Below, in pieces: positions 13,661 to 25,880 of a stretch of 64,000 nucleotides of DNA. The DNA is from Squalus acanthias (taxonomy: Eukaryota). Under the pieces are notes generated by a model that worked only from the letters and a program-made list of their open reading frames with translations, made no database searches and had not been told where the DNA came from. A program made the position numbers and the translations under genes. Position 1 is the first letter of the stretch; the number at the start of each line of letters is the position of its first letter. The DNA lies in assembly GCA_030390025.1 (NCBI GenBank), contig CM059431.1:105836001-105900000 (forward strand). The letters run 5' to 3'.

Positions 13661-14088
13661 AAGGCAATGCTTTTTATAGCGCCTTTCATGACCTCCGGAC
13701 ATCCCAACGCGCTTTACAGCCAATGAACTACTTTTGAAGTGTAGTCAATGTAGGGAAAATTGGCAGCCAATTTGCATACAGCATGATCCCACAAACAGCA
13801 ATGTGATACACGGTCAGATCATATATTTTAATGATGTTGGTTGAGGGATAAATATTGGCCAGGTCACCCCTGCTCTTTTTTGAAATATTGCCATGGGGCC
13901 TTGGTTTAATGTCTCAATTGAAAGACGGCCCCTCTGACAGTGCAGCGTCCCTCAGTACTGCACTGAAGTGTCAGCTTTTGCGCAGTACTGAGGGAAGCCG
14001 CTAGATTTTGTGCTCAAGTGTCTGGAGTGGGACTTGAACCCACAACCTTCTAACACAGAGGCAAGATTGCTAGCCACTAAGCTGCAGC
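13661..14088 (-). mobile_element. DeuSINE (SacSINE1-like)
   Basis: Homologous to 4322-4778. Confidence 0.85.
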
Positions 14089-14498
14089 TTATAAATGCTA
14101 TGAAACACATTTAATAATTTTCTGTGTTCTCATGCCAAGACTTACTTATGATACAAAGGGATTTGTACTTATTTTTATTTCTGTCTGCAACAGAGGAAAA
14201 AAAAATGTCCAGCCAATTGAACAATTATTAAAATGACATTTTGTAGCACTTTTAACACAAAGGGACACCAAAGCTGTCATTGAGTGATGTAGACTGGACA
14301 GAAATGACCCACAAACTATAATATAAATTAAATGGATGCTTACTGCAGTCTCTCCATCACCACATAGAATTTTTAAATAATATAACCAAAAAAAAAGGTT
14401 GGCAAATTGATGCTGTTTATCCCTCCCAATGATAAACATTAATTGAAAAGCCCTTTTGTATTAAATTTTTTAATGCATTTACCTATTGGAGAACACTA

Positions 14499-16600
14499 GG
14501 GGGGGGGGGGGGTAATTTTAACCCCTCCCCCTCGCACGGTGGGAGCAGTGTGTGGGGGGAGGGGTTGGGGGTTAAAATTGTCTGGGTCCACTGACCGATC
14601 CCGAGGCCACACCGTTCCCAGCCTGCCGACCATTTAATCTTCAAGGCCTTTGAAGTCGGCCGAGGCTCCCGCTGCAGGCAGGCGGCAGCATGATTGACAG
14701 CTTAAAACCCGCGGCTCGATGACGTCGTCGGCGCGGCCACGGAATTTTTACCTTGGCGTTCGGGAGGCCCGCGCGGGGCCCAGCCCCCAACAACTCAAGC
14801 GTGGCGAGAGTCCGGGGAGTGGCCAGAAGAGGCCAAGGTACCTTTAAAGAAATAACTCTTTATGTGGAATCATTGTGGGCCAGGAAGAGCACAAGGATTC
14901 TCCTCGGACACCCTCTGCTAGGCGCAACCAGCACAGAATTCAATTTCAGTTGTGCAAGATGTATGGCAAAAGTCTATTTTTCAACATACCTGCTAATCGT
15001 TCAGAGGATATAGTTTCCTCTCTTCAGTACTTAAAGAAAGCATTAAATTTCATCAGTCCAGAAGTGTTAAAAGCTGCCATACTTGCACCATCCTGGATAC
15101 CAGGTTGTGATCATTTGCTTTGTGGTCACTGCCGTCAGTGATTATGCACTTCAGTGAACGCTGTGAAGGCACTGCCGCTCACATTCTCTTCACCGCACTT
15201 GATCTCCTCAACTTCGCTTCACAAAGGAGGCTGTCACTGAGCTATGTCACCTGCCGCAACTTGAGCCTCGTACCAGGCCATGGACAGCACTGCCTGTGCT
15301 CGTCAGGGTCACCCTGGCCCGTATCTTTTATGCAACAGGCTCTTGCCAGGCTGCAGCAAGTGGCATCTCATAGTTTGCAAGTCCACTGCTGTATCCGGGA
15401 GGCCACCGAGGCTGTCTACACCAGGAGGAACAGCGACATCTCTGAGCGGGTGGCGGAGATGCAGGCATGCTGTCGCACTGAGGGAGGACAGAAGGTGCCT
15501 TTCCCATGGAGCCAGGTCCACTCTCCTGGGACGGCGCCTCAGCACTCCTGTGGTTCTGCACGAGAACACAGTGCATGGGTGATGTGACGCTCTGGACGCC
15601 CCCGATCAACACTGACCCCCCAAAAAGCCAAAATAGCAGCTCTCTGAGCTTCCCTGGCTGAGGCTCCATCACTATCATGTTGATGGAGTTGACCTCTTGG
15701 ACCATGTTGGACGGAATGATCTCCATGCACTGCGTGAAGCCCTGACACAAGTTGGAGCTGGATTTGTCCATGCTCTGAGTCATTGTGCACGAGCTCGCTG
15801 GCAGGCTGCCCAGTGCACCTAGTATTTCCCGGCGTATGCCCATCAGCCTTCATCAGTAGCTCGAGGTGTGGGGAAAGTGAAGGCTGCAATAGTGGTGAGT
15901 GTGTGAGTATGAGAAAGAGGTGGAGGAAAGTGTGGTGCAGTGATTGTTGGAGAGCAAATAGAAGTGTGAGAGGGGAGTATTGTGAGTAGTGAGGCTGGAG
16001 GTGTGAGCAGAGTAAGAGAGCACTTTTCTTACATTGGAAACTCTGGTGAGATCATTGAACTTTTTGCTTGGCTGCTGCAGCCAAACCACGGGCGAGAATC
16101 TCCTAGCATTGACCTCCTCAGTGACCTCTTCCCACTAGTGGCGGAGGTGTTGCCTGCGGGGGGTGGGGGGCGGGGGCGGGGGTGGGGGCGGGGGGGGGGG
16201 GGGGGGGGGGGGGGGGAGGGCGGGGGAACAGAAGCTCCCTCCTTCTGCCCACCACCTGGACCGGGGCCTCCAATGTGGCATCAGAGAACCTGGGTAGCCT
16301 GTCTGGACTTCTTGCAGAAATCTGTCTCTTCAAAAAGCATTCCCTGTTGCCTGCAAGCAGAATGCAACCTCCCCTTTAATAGCTGCCAGCTGCCTTTAAA
16401 TGGCATCAGGGACACCCAGTTTCCAGAGACACCCAATCCCCTGCAATACAGGCGTCCAGCCAATGAATAGTGCAGGTTGCACTGGCTGCACACCTGAGTC
16501 ACTATGATGAGCGGGCACAAATTTGAAATCGTCCATGCCACTCTGCGCACCCTTTCTTGGGCGCGATCGAATTTCCATGCCCAGTATTGTAATTGGCCCC
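14499..16600 (-). mobile_element. Decayed PIF/Harbinger-derived element with a Myb/SANT-like ORF remnant
   Basis: G-rich/C-rich ends; minus strand 16305-16035 reads DRLPRFSDATLEAPVQVVGRRRELLF...WEEVTEEVNARR..WLQ..KKFNDLTR then a GTAAG donor, as in the Harbinger accessory DNA-binding protein. Confidence 0.75.
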
Positions 16601-16805
16601 AACTCAAACTGGGGCTACAACCATAAAGTATTTGTAAAATTTAAACTTCTTTTAAAGAGGGGTGGGACGAGGCTCGTGTGGAGCATAAACAGCAGTATGG
16701 ACCAGTTGGGCCGAATGGCCTGCCTCTGTGCTGTACACTCTATGTAATCTAGGTAAAGACGGTTAATATAATGGAAGGCTGCAGGATTCCAATTGCTGTT
16801 GGATG

Positions 16806-17215
16806 CAACAACAACAACTTGTATTTATACAGCACCTTTAACATAGCAAAATGTTCCAAGGTGCTTCACAGGAGGGTTATCGAACAGTATTTGACACCGA
16901 GTCACACGAGGAGATATTAGGACAGGGGACCAAAAGCTTGGTAAAGAGGTCAGTTTTAAGGAGCGTCTTAAAAGGAGGAGAGAGCGTTAGAGAGGCGGAG
17001 AGGTTTAGGGAGGGAATTCCAGAGCTTAGGGCGGAGGCAGTTGAAGGCGCGGCCGCCAATGGTGGAGCGACAGCAATCAGGGATGCGCAAGAGGCCAGAA
17101 TTGGAGGAGCGCAGATCTCTTGGAGGGTTGTTGGGCTGGAGGAGGTTACAGAGATAGGGAGGTGGGGTGCGAGGCCCTGGAGCGATGTGAAAACAAGGAT
17201 GAGAACTTTTAAATC
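16806..17215 (-). mobile_element. L2 LINE 3' fragment
   Basis: Homologous to 2971-3380. Confidence 0.9.
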
Positions 17216-17570
17216 AAACAGTATGGTGGTATGGAAAGCAGTCATTTTGCTAAATCTCACCCTCAGTGGGACACTTCACACACAAACAACACATATTGAG
17301 CACGGGCTCCCCATAATTACCATCCTGTTAAAATGAAGGGAGAGAGTGTGCGCCCAATTTGCCAATGTGTGAGACTCCCCGCAGGGAGCCTGGATTCAAA
17401 TAATGACCTGTTCTGTGTCTGTACAGTGAAGGGACTGCTATCTTGGTAGTTTAGGAAAGTACACCAGCAGGCCTGCATCTCAAAACTTGGCGTTTATGAA
17501 TGTCTGAACCTTATGAGATGAAATACTGAAATCAGAAAGAAACCCCAATATTCTCTGCCCCCCTACATAC

Positions 17571-17769
17571 ATGATGCGGAGATGCCGGTGTTGGACTGGG
17601 GTGGACAAAAATGAGAAGTCGCACAACACCAGGTTATAGTCCAACAGTTTTATTTGAAATCACAAGCTTTCGGAGGAAGGACCTGACGAAGGAGCAGAGC
17701 TCCGAAAGCTCGTAATTTCAAATAAAACTGTTGGACTATAACCTGGTGTTGTGCGACTTCTCATTTTTG
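17571..17769. mobile_element. Miniature Penelope-like element (inverted termini) with hammerhead core
   Basis: Flanking near-TSD CCCTACATA(C/T)ATG; ~70-bp inverted arms; CTGACGA...GAAA at 17683-17707. Confidence 0.8.
17677..17720 (+). ncRNA. Putative minimal type I hammerhead ribozyme core
   Basis: CTGACGA-A-GGAGC-AGA-GCTCC-GAAA: conserved core boxes with a perfect 5-bp stem II; stem I pairing is unclear. Confidence 0.55.
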
Positions 17770-18734
17770 CCCTACATATATGTTAGTTGTCTAAATTCCA
17801 CGATTCATAGTCATGCTGGATATGTGCAATGGAATAATAGATCCTGTGGAGATTTTAAGGCTGAACCTCAGACTTGTGGTTATGTTGGAGTTTATAAACC
17901 TCTCACTTGGCTTGGAAAATTGTCTTGCTTTATAGCTTTAGCTAACTTAGGCAATCTTGAACTCTCGCCACACTATCCATGGCTGTTGATTTTATATATG
18001 CTGAATGTCTTAATATTAGAGAGCACAAGGTAGTATTGGAGAGGCAGCTTAAACAGAAGGTTCAAGGATAGGATGGCACAGTTGGTTAAAGCAATGTCCT
18101 TTCACCTCTGGGTCTGAATGCATCTCAGACAGATGGGATGATCGCTACTCTCTGCTGGCTGTTAAAAAGCAAAATTAGTACTGACACATTCAATGCAAGT
18201 TCCCAAGCGCTCTGACTGCACAGCACAAGACTGCTCTGAATTCATGATTAATTGGACAGACTATGAGAAGCCGAGGGGCACAGAGAGCAAGGAGCAGAAA
18301 TGTCATGTTGGTGTTATGTAGAAAAGGAAATGCTTCGAGATTCGGATTAAGGTACATCGTAAGGTCCATGTAGGGAGAGCCCTGTAAAATGGTAAAATTG
18401 ACAGTGCTGGAGGGAAATTCTAAACTCTTCCAAAACATCATGAAAAGTGCCTTCTCAATTGGGAATGGACACAAATTCTATGATTTAGGAAACTTTAATT
18501 GTGCAATTCACTTACAGCAGGACAATTCAAAAATTTTGTCTCATGAAATTTTGCCATGACAATATCACACTAGCTATAAGGAATGATTGTTTTTGTCGCC
18601 TTAATTCCAGTGTCAATCAGCTATGTATTGAACTTAAATTCAGAATAAATATGTCGCCAGAAATTTCTACATTTTTAACAAAGTCGATCATCTTTGCTCT
18701 AAAAGTGCTGCCTTTTGTTGATTTCAGGTCTTAA

Positions 18735-19295
18735 GTTATTCCAATGCTCTCCTGGCCAGCCTCCCACCTGGCTCCATAAACTTGAGCTCATCCAAAACTC
18801 TGCTACCCGTATCCTGACTCGGTCCATGTCCCGTTCACCCATCACCCCTGTGCTCGCTGACCTACATGGGCTCCCGGTCCAGCAACACTTCGATTTAAAA
18901 ATTCTCATCTTTGTGTTCAGATCCCTCCATGGCCTCGCCCCTCCCTATCTCCGTAACCTCCTGCAGCCCTACAACCCTCCGTGATCTCTGCGCTCCTCCA
19001 ATTCTGGCCTCTTGCATATCCCCGATTTTAATCGCTCCACCATTGGCGGCTGTTACTTCAACTGCCTGGGCCCTAAGCTCTGGAATTCCCTCCCTAACCC
19101 TCTCTGTCTCTCTACCTCTCTCTCCTCCTTTTAAGATGCTCCTTAAAACCTACCTCTTTGGCCAAGCTTTTGATCACCTGTCCTAATATCTCCATATGTG
19201 GCTCGGTGTCAAATATTGTTCGATAACACTCCTGTGAAGCGCCTTGGGACGTTTTACTATGTTAAAGAGGCTATATAAATACAAGTTGTTGTTGT
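18735..19295 (+). mobile_element. L2 LINE 3' fragment
   Basis: KLELIQNSATRILTR, DLHGLPV and LLKTYLF motifs. Confidence 0.9.
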
Positions 19296-19308
19296 AAGCT
19301 GCAAGGAG

Positions 19309-19745
19309 GGTCCACTGTGGCTCAATTGGTAGCACCCTCGCCTCTGGGTCAGAAGGTCGTGGGCTTAAGTCCCACTCCAGAAACTTGAGCACAAAAATCT
19401 AGGCTGGCACTCCAGGGCAGTACAGAGGGAGTCTGGCACTGTCGGAGGTGCCATCTTTTGGATGAGACGTTAAACCGAGGCCCGATCTGCCCTCTCAGAG
19501 TAAAGGATCCTATGGCACTATTTTGAAGAAGAGCAGGGGAGTTATCTAATAATTATCACTAAAACAGATTATCTAGTCATTATCACATTGCTGTCTGTGG
19601 AAGCTTGCTGTGTGCATATTTGCCGGCTGCCGCATTTCCTACATTACAACAGTGACTACACTTCAAAAGTACTTAATTGACTGTAAAGCGCTTTGGGACG
19701 TCCGGTGGTCGCGAAAGGCGCTATAGAAATGCAAGTCTTTCTTTT
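19309..19745 (+). mobile_element. DeuSINE (SacSINE1-like)
   Basis: tRNA-like head TGGCTCAATTGG, Deu-like core and L2-like tail. Confidence 0.85.
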
Positions 19746-20423
19746 CCTTTTAAGTTAAAAGGCCGAATAAACTGAAAGTAAAATCTATTTCCTTTGAATT
19801 AACATTCAAATTTCTCATGAAGCCATGTGGTAACTGCTTTAGGACAGAGTGAACTAACTGTTCATCTTATGGTGGCATGTACCAGCTGTCACAACTGTCC
19901 AAACAAAAGCCAGGAACTGACAAATGATCCTCTTTTGCTCTTCAAACAGCTATCCATTGTTTAATAATTTGCACGGCATCTGAAAACAAATCAGCCCTTA
20001 GCGGACTGACCTGTCAGCCCTGAGCGTGTAGTGTAGGCTGGAGCCGAGGAAGACCACTGTTTTATTTACATAGTGTTTACCACGCCACCAGCAGATTTCC
20101 AATGGTCTGGTGGCCTGAGGCCATAAATAAACCTTACACCCCGGGTCATTAGTCAGCAGGAGTGTCTGTGTTGACAAACTGCCTAATAGTAAGACCACAA
20201 GATGTCCATTAGGACCAGCTACAACTGATGACAGGGAGCTGGCAGTCAGCCACAATCCTCTTGCCTCTTTACAACCCTTTCATTGTGATCAAAAAGTATT
20301 GCAGACAGGTTATAGATACGAAATAAAAAGTCTTTCATGTATTGAAAGTGGAGACGTAATAGTATTGGACACCTGAGCATTTACGAGCACAGTTCCAAGT
20401 CACGACGGTTCAAGGCAAATAAT

Positions 20424-21185
20424 GGCCCAAAAATTCGGCTGAATACGGGAGAGTACCCGCTGTGTACTCACCCGTATTCGGTCCCGAAGTGCCGGTTTCC
20501 TGCATGCACTGCGCATGCGCGGGAAACCGGCACTTCCGGTATGGCGAAGGGGGCGGTTCCTAGGTGAACCGCGTGCGCACTACAGGCTGTGCGCACGCAG
20601 CACACTTAGGTTTTTTTTCAGGTTTCAACGCGAGGGTAAGTATGGAAGATTTTACACAAGAAAAAAGGAGGCGTAAGACCCCTTTTGAACAAGGTAAGTA
20701 GTTAATTAAGTATAATTTTTTATTTTTTTCAACAGGTTTATCTTTTTTAGAGACTTTAAAGAAAGGTAAGTTTATTTTTATAACTTTTTTTAAAAAAATT
20801 AATTTTTTCAAAAATTTAAATTTTTGTTTAAAGTGGTTAATTTATTTAACTATAGTTATTTTATTAATGTGATGGTTTTTTTAAATTTATTTGAGGTTTA
20901 GCTGTTCTTTTGGGGTCTCTTCCAATTCACAGATTTGACAGGTCTCCTGTCAAATCTATGAATGAAAGATGGTCTGCTGCCATTGGCTCTCCATGGCCCA
21001 CGTGATCCCAGAGGTCGCATCGCACTAACTGCGCCCCTGGGACACGCACACACTGCGTGCCGGCACTAGGGAGAGGCCCAGGACCCGAAGTTCCTGTGGG
21101 CCCAAAACACAACGGCCGGCGCGGTGTGTGATATCGCGCGCGATCCTTACCCCCGCGGCAAGCCTCCGAGTCAAATTTCTGGGCC
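20424..21185. mobile_element. Harbinger-type MITE
   Basis: TIRs GGCCCAAAAATT / AATTTCTGGGCC with 3-bp TSD AAT; inverted paralog at 41842-42580. Confidence 0.8.
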
Positions 21186-21964
21186 AATAATTGTGAAGTT
21201 TCTATAAAGGGGAGGGCAGTTTTATGCTTGTGTGGCAAGTTGAAAATCTGCCCCAGAATGTTTAAACTTACCTTAATGAACACAAATAATTTATCTCGGT
21301 ATAAGCAAGTCCTTAAATAAAGCAAAAAGTAAAACACTGAATACAGATGCAACACTACAAAATAACTTGCCCTAATAAATATACCGAAAAACTCTACAGG
21401 TGTAATGCTGCAAGCTCGCAATCACGTGCGGGAAACGGCACAGCAGAGTGCAAAAAAAATATAGAAAACTTACGGACCAGAAAATAAGAAAACAGCAAGG
21501 ACAGGTAGAAGAAGCCCTTCACAAAGAACCAAAAGCAAAACAAACCATTCCGCAGCGAATGAGAGGCGACCAGCTCTTAACAAGTACACGGGGAAATGTT
21601 CCAGAACAACCCAAATTAATGCTGCAGCACTGTGAGGAGAACAGCGTGAGCTCAGCAACAAGAAAAGGAAGAAAATACGAAAGTCACGCCGTAACAATCT
21701 ACACTGCAGGACAGATTTCAATGCACCAGGGGCAACGCAAAACAATTACATGCACAAGACTTTCAGTTTCTGACTGCAAACTTTTCCGGATGTCATGCGG
21801 TGGGAAGGTCCAAGTCCAAACAGGCCAGTAATGTGAAAACCATAATACGGGCCTGCACAGGGAGGCCAAGAGCTTAGCTTCAACCACGATTGGCCTAAAA
21901 TGTCATCCCTCGACACTGGGAGCACCGGTACATAATTGCTGCCTGTTATTTTGCTTTCAGCAAG

Positions 21965-22340
21965 GGTACGGTAGCGCAGTGCTCATGTTACTGGACCTGG
22001 ACTAATGATCTGGAGACGTGAGTTCAAATCCCACCACGGCAGCTGGGGAATTTAAATTCAGTTAATGAAATAAATCTGGAATAAAAAGCCAGTATCAGTA
22101 ATGGTGACCATGAAACTACCGGATTGTCGTAAAAAACCCATCTGGTTCACTAATGTCCTTGAGGGAAGGAAATCTGCCGTCCTTACCCGGTCTGGCCTAT
22201 ATGTGACTCCAGACCCACAGCAATGTGGTTGACTTTTAAGTGCCGTCTGAAATGGCTCACCACCACCTTCTTGAGGGCAATTAGGGATGGGTAATAAATG
22301 CAAGCTTTGTCGGCAACGCCCAAATTCCGTGAATTAATTT
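21965..22340 (+). mobile_element. tRNA-headed SINE sharing head and tail with the LINE at 23197-25275
   Basis: A box GGTAGCGCAGTG, B box GAGTTCAAATCCC; 21965-22255 matches 23197-23500 and 22255-22330 matches 25190-25265. Confidence 0.85.
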
Positions 22341-23196
22341 TTTTTAAAAGCATTGCGGAACGAAATCGGACACTCAGTTTACACCAACTCTTGAGGCAAA
22401 AAAATAGATATATTTTAAGCTCTTTCAGCCGCTGACTGCCTCCTGACGGTTACACTTCTTGCACTGAGTGTATCAGCGAGAAACCCGGCCCGGTCTTTGT
22501 CCTCACTCATTCAAATGTGGAAGACAGCTGCCTCTGATTCGATGATTTTGTAATCACGGAGTAATAACAGGCTATATCAGCAAGAATATGTGGCTGAATG
22601 GAATCAGCTCTTGTGGCCGTGTTCAATGTGTCTGCAGCTAAAAGCCTGGCCTATGATTTTGTTCATCACCTGTGCATGCTGTAAATATACAGCATTGCCG
22701 AACTAAGATTGACATACTTGGCGACCTTGTCATTTCATTTTACAGCTTTGTGCATGTTCGACTGTTTTAGCCAACCTGTTATTTTTGATTTGCCATTTAG
22801 CAAACAAGAAATAAATTTTCCGGCGGTGTAATTTTGGGGTATTTTGCCTTCAATTCTGTAAATCGCACGGTCGCTCAACTGTTGCCGTTCAGAGCTGATT
22901 ATATTCCAGAAATTGACTGTAATGGAGCTCTGGGGGAGACTTGGAAAGCAGCCAACTGCAACAATTATCCCGAAATTTCTCTCATTGTAAGGAACTGGCA
23001 CCGAGGGGATATAACAGGACTGCCGCTTGCCAGTGTGAAGATCAAGGATTTATCAATCCTTAAGCATTGCACCGGCCTGGAATTTAAAAAAGAAAATATT
23101 TGTCTTAATAGGGTGGCCACAATTTATTCAATATTTTTTGGGCATTGCACTTTTATTGTGATGGAACTATTGAGCTTATTTACACTTGGGACAAGG

Positions 23197-25275
23197 GAAC
23201 GGTAGCATAGTGGTTATGTTACTGCACTAGTAATCCAGAGGCCCTGGACTAATGATCCGGAGATGTGAGTTCAAATCCCACCACGGCACCTGGGGAATTT
23301 AAATTCAGTTAATTAAATAAATCTGGAATTAAAAAGCTAATGGCAGTAATGGTGACCATGAAACTATCAGATTGTCGTAAAAAAAACCATCTGGTTCACT
23401 TATGTCCTCTAGAGAAGGAAATCTGCCGTCCTTACCCGGTCTGGCCTATATGTGACTCCAGATCCACAGCAATGTGGTTGACTCTTAACTGCCCACTGAA
23501 AAACAATAAGAATAAAACTGGACAGACTATCCGGCATCGACAATAGCACACCCAGCCCAGTCGACCCTGCAAAGTCCTCCTCATCAACATCTGGGGACTT
23601 GAGCCAAAATTGGGAGAGCTGTCCCACAGACTAGTCAAGCAACAGCCTGACATAGTCATACTCACAGAATCATACCTTTCAGCCAATGTCCCGAACTCTT
23701 CCATCACCATCCCTGGGTATGTCCTGTCCTGGTGGCGGCACAGTGGTATACAGTCGGAAAGGAGTGGCCCTGGGAGTCCTCAACATTGACTCCGGACCCC
23801 ATGAATTCTCATGGCTTCAGGTCAAGCACGAGCAAGGAAACCTCCTGCTGATTACCACCTACCACCCTCCCTCCGCTGACGAATCAGTACTCCTTCATGT
23901 TGAACACCAATTGGAAGAAGCACCGAGAGTAGCAAGGGCACAAAATGTACTCTGGGTGGGGGACTTCAATGTCCATCACCAAGAGTGGCTCGGTAGCACC
24001 ACTACTGACCGAGCTGGCCGAGTCTTGAAGGACATAACTGCCAGTCTGGGCCTGCGACAGGTGGTGAAAGAACCAACACAAGGGAAAAATCTACTTGACC
24101 TCATCCTCACCAATCTACCTGTTGCGGATGTACCATGACAGCATTGGTAGCAGTGACCATTGCATGGTCATTGTGGAGACGAAGTCCCGTCTTCACACTG
24201 AGGACACCCTCCATCGTGTTGTGTGGCACTACCACCGTGCTAAATGGGATAGATTCAGAACCATTTGATCGAGGTTGGAGGTCAATTCTGATTGCTGCAG
24301 GAGTTCCTCAGGGCAGTGTCCTCGGCCCAACCATATTCAGCTGCTTCATTAATGACCTACCCTCCATCATAAGGTCAGAAATGGGGATGTTTGCTGATGA
24401 CTGCACAGTGTTCAGCGCCATTCACATCGCCTCAGATAATGAAACAGTCCATGCCCGCATGCAAGAAAGACCTGGACGACATTCAGGCTTGGGCTGACAC
24501 ATGGCAGGTAACATTCATGCCACAGAAGTGCCAGGAAATGACTATCTCCAACAAGAGAGTGTCTAACCACAACCCCCTGACATTCAACGGCATTACCATT
24601 GCTGAATCCCCCACCATCAATATCCTGGGGGTCACCATTGACCAGAAACTTAGCTGGACCAGCCACATAAATACTGTGGCAACAAGAGCAGGTCAGATGC
24701 TAGGTATTCTGCAGCGAGTGTCTCACCTCCTGACTCCCCAAAGCCTTTCCACCATCTACAAGGCACAAGTAAGGAGTGTGATGGAATACACTCCACTTGC
24801 CTGGATGAGTGCAGCTCCAACAACACTCAAGAAGCTCAACACCATCCAAGACAAAGCAGCCCACTTGATTTGCACCCCATCCACCACCTTAAACATTCAC
24901 TCCCTCCACCAGCGTACCATGGCTGCAGTGTGTACTTTCTACAAGATACACTGCAGCAAATTGCCAAGGCTTCTTCGGCAGCACCTCCCAAACCCATGAC
25001 CTATTCCACCTAGAAGGACAAGGGCAGCAGGCGCATGGGAACACTGCCACCTCCAAGTCACACACCATCCTGACTTGGAAGTATATCGGCCGTTCCTTCA
25101 TCATCGCTGGGTCAAAATCCTGGAACTCCCTCCCTAACAGCACTGTGGGAGTACCTTCACCACACGGACTGCAGCGGTTCAAGAAGGCGGCTCACCACCA
25201 CCTTCTCAAGGGCAACTAGGGATGGGCAATAAATGCTGGCCTTGCCAGCGACGCCCACATCCCATGAACGAATAC
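23197..25275 (+). mobile_element. CR1/L2-group LINE with tRNA-like 5' head, APE endonuclease and RT, internally deleted
   Basis: Endonuclease motifs NIWGL, PDIVILTES, WVGDFNVHH, LDLILTN, SDH; RT motifs GVPQGSVLGP, FADD, YKAQVRSVMEY; RT domains 1-3 are missing at a junction near 24260. Confidence 0.9.
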
Positions 25276-25334
25276 AAGAAAAAACTTTGAAAAGGATAAA
25301 CATTTTAGCCAAGAGTTTTAGCCTGATAACTGCT

Positions 25335-25880
25335 TGATCCGGGCGCAATTATATCAAATAGCGCAAAAAGTGGCAAAATTTTAAGCGTAAGTGAGTTGCG
25401 CCCATATCTACATTGCACACAAGTATCCGCAACCTTTTCAGTCCTTTCAATGAACCCTTCGCCCGAATCAGTCAGCCCTCACATACTGGCCACGGCCCCC
25501 CAGGGTGGAATGGCGAGTATCCGCCGATTGCGCTGGTTCGGTCGGTGGGGGAAGGGGGGGGGTTCATCACATTGCGCCCAGAATCACGGGTGCACAGGCA
25601 CCCATGGTCACATGAATCCAGCGTTAATCATCTGACCTGCAGTGACCAGCTGTCCGTTGAAGCCACACTTCTCCCCTGTTGCTGCTGCTTAGTTAAAGAG
25701 CTTGAAGTATAGTCACCCATCAATTACGATCGATTAACCACCATTCGATTACGCTGCTCAATTGCGCTGATTCGTGGGAGATTTTACGTTCAGGCTCATG
25801 CAAATGAGTTGCCGTGGAAACTCGAGCGTAACTTCGCCTCGGCAAAACCGGCGCAGTGTCCGGCGCATTCTGGTCACATT
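25335..25880. mobile_element. CpG-rich MITE remnant related to 12016-12762
   Basis: Shares an inverted CTCATTTGCAT segment and GGGCGCAA repeats. Confidence 0.5.

Noticed and set aside
21448..21831. 127-aa K/Q-rich ORF
   Set aside because: Reflects A-rich strand bias; no domain and no supporting splice structure.
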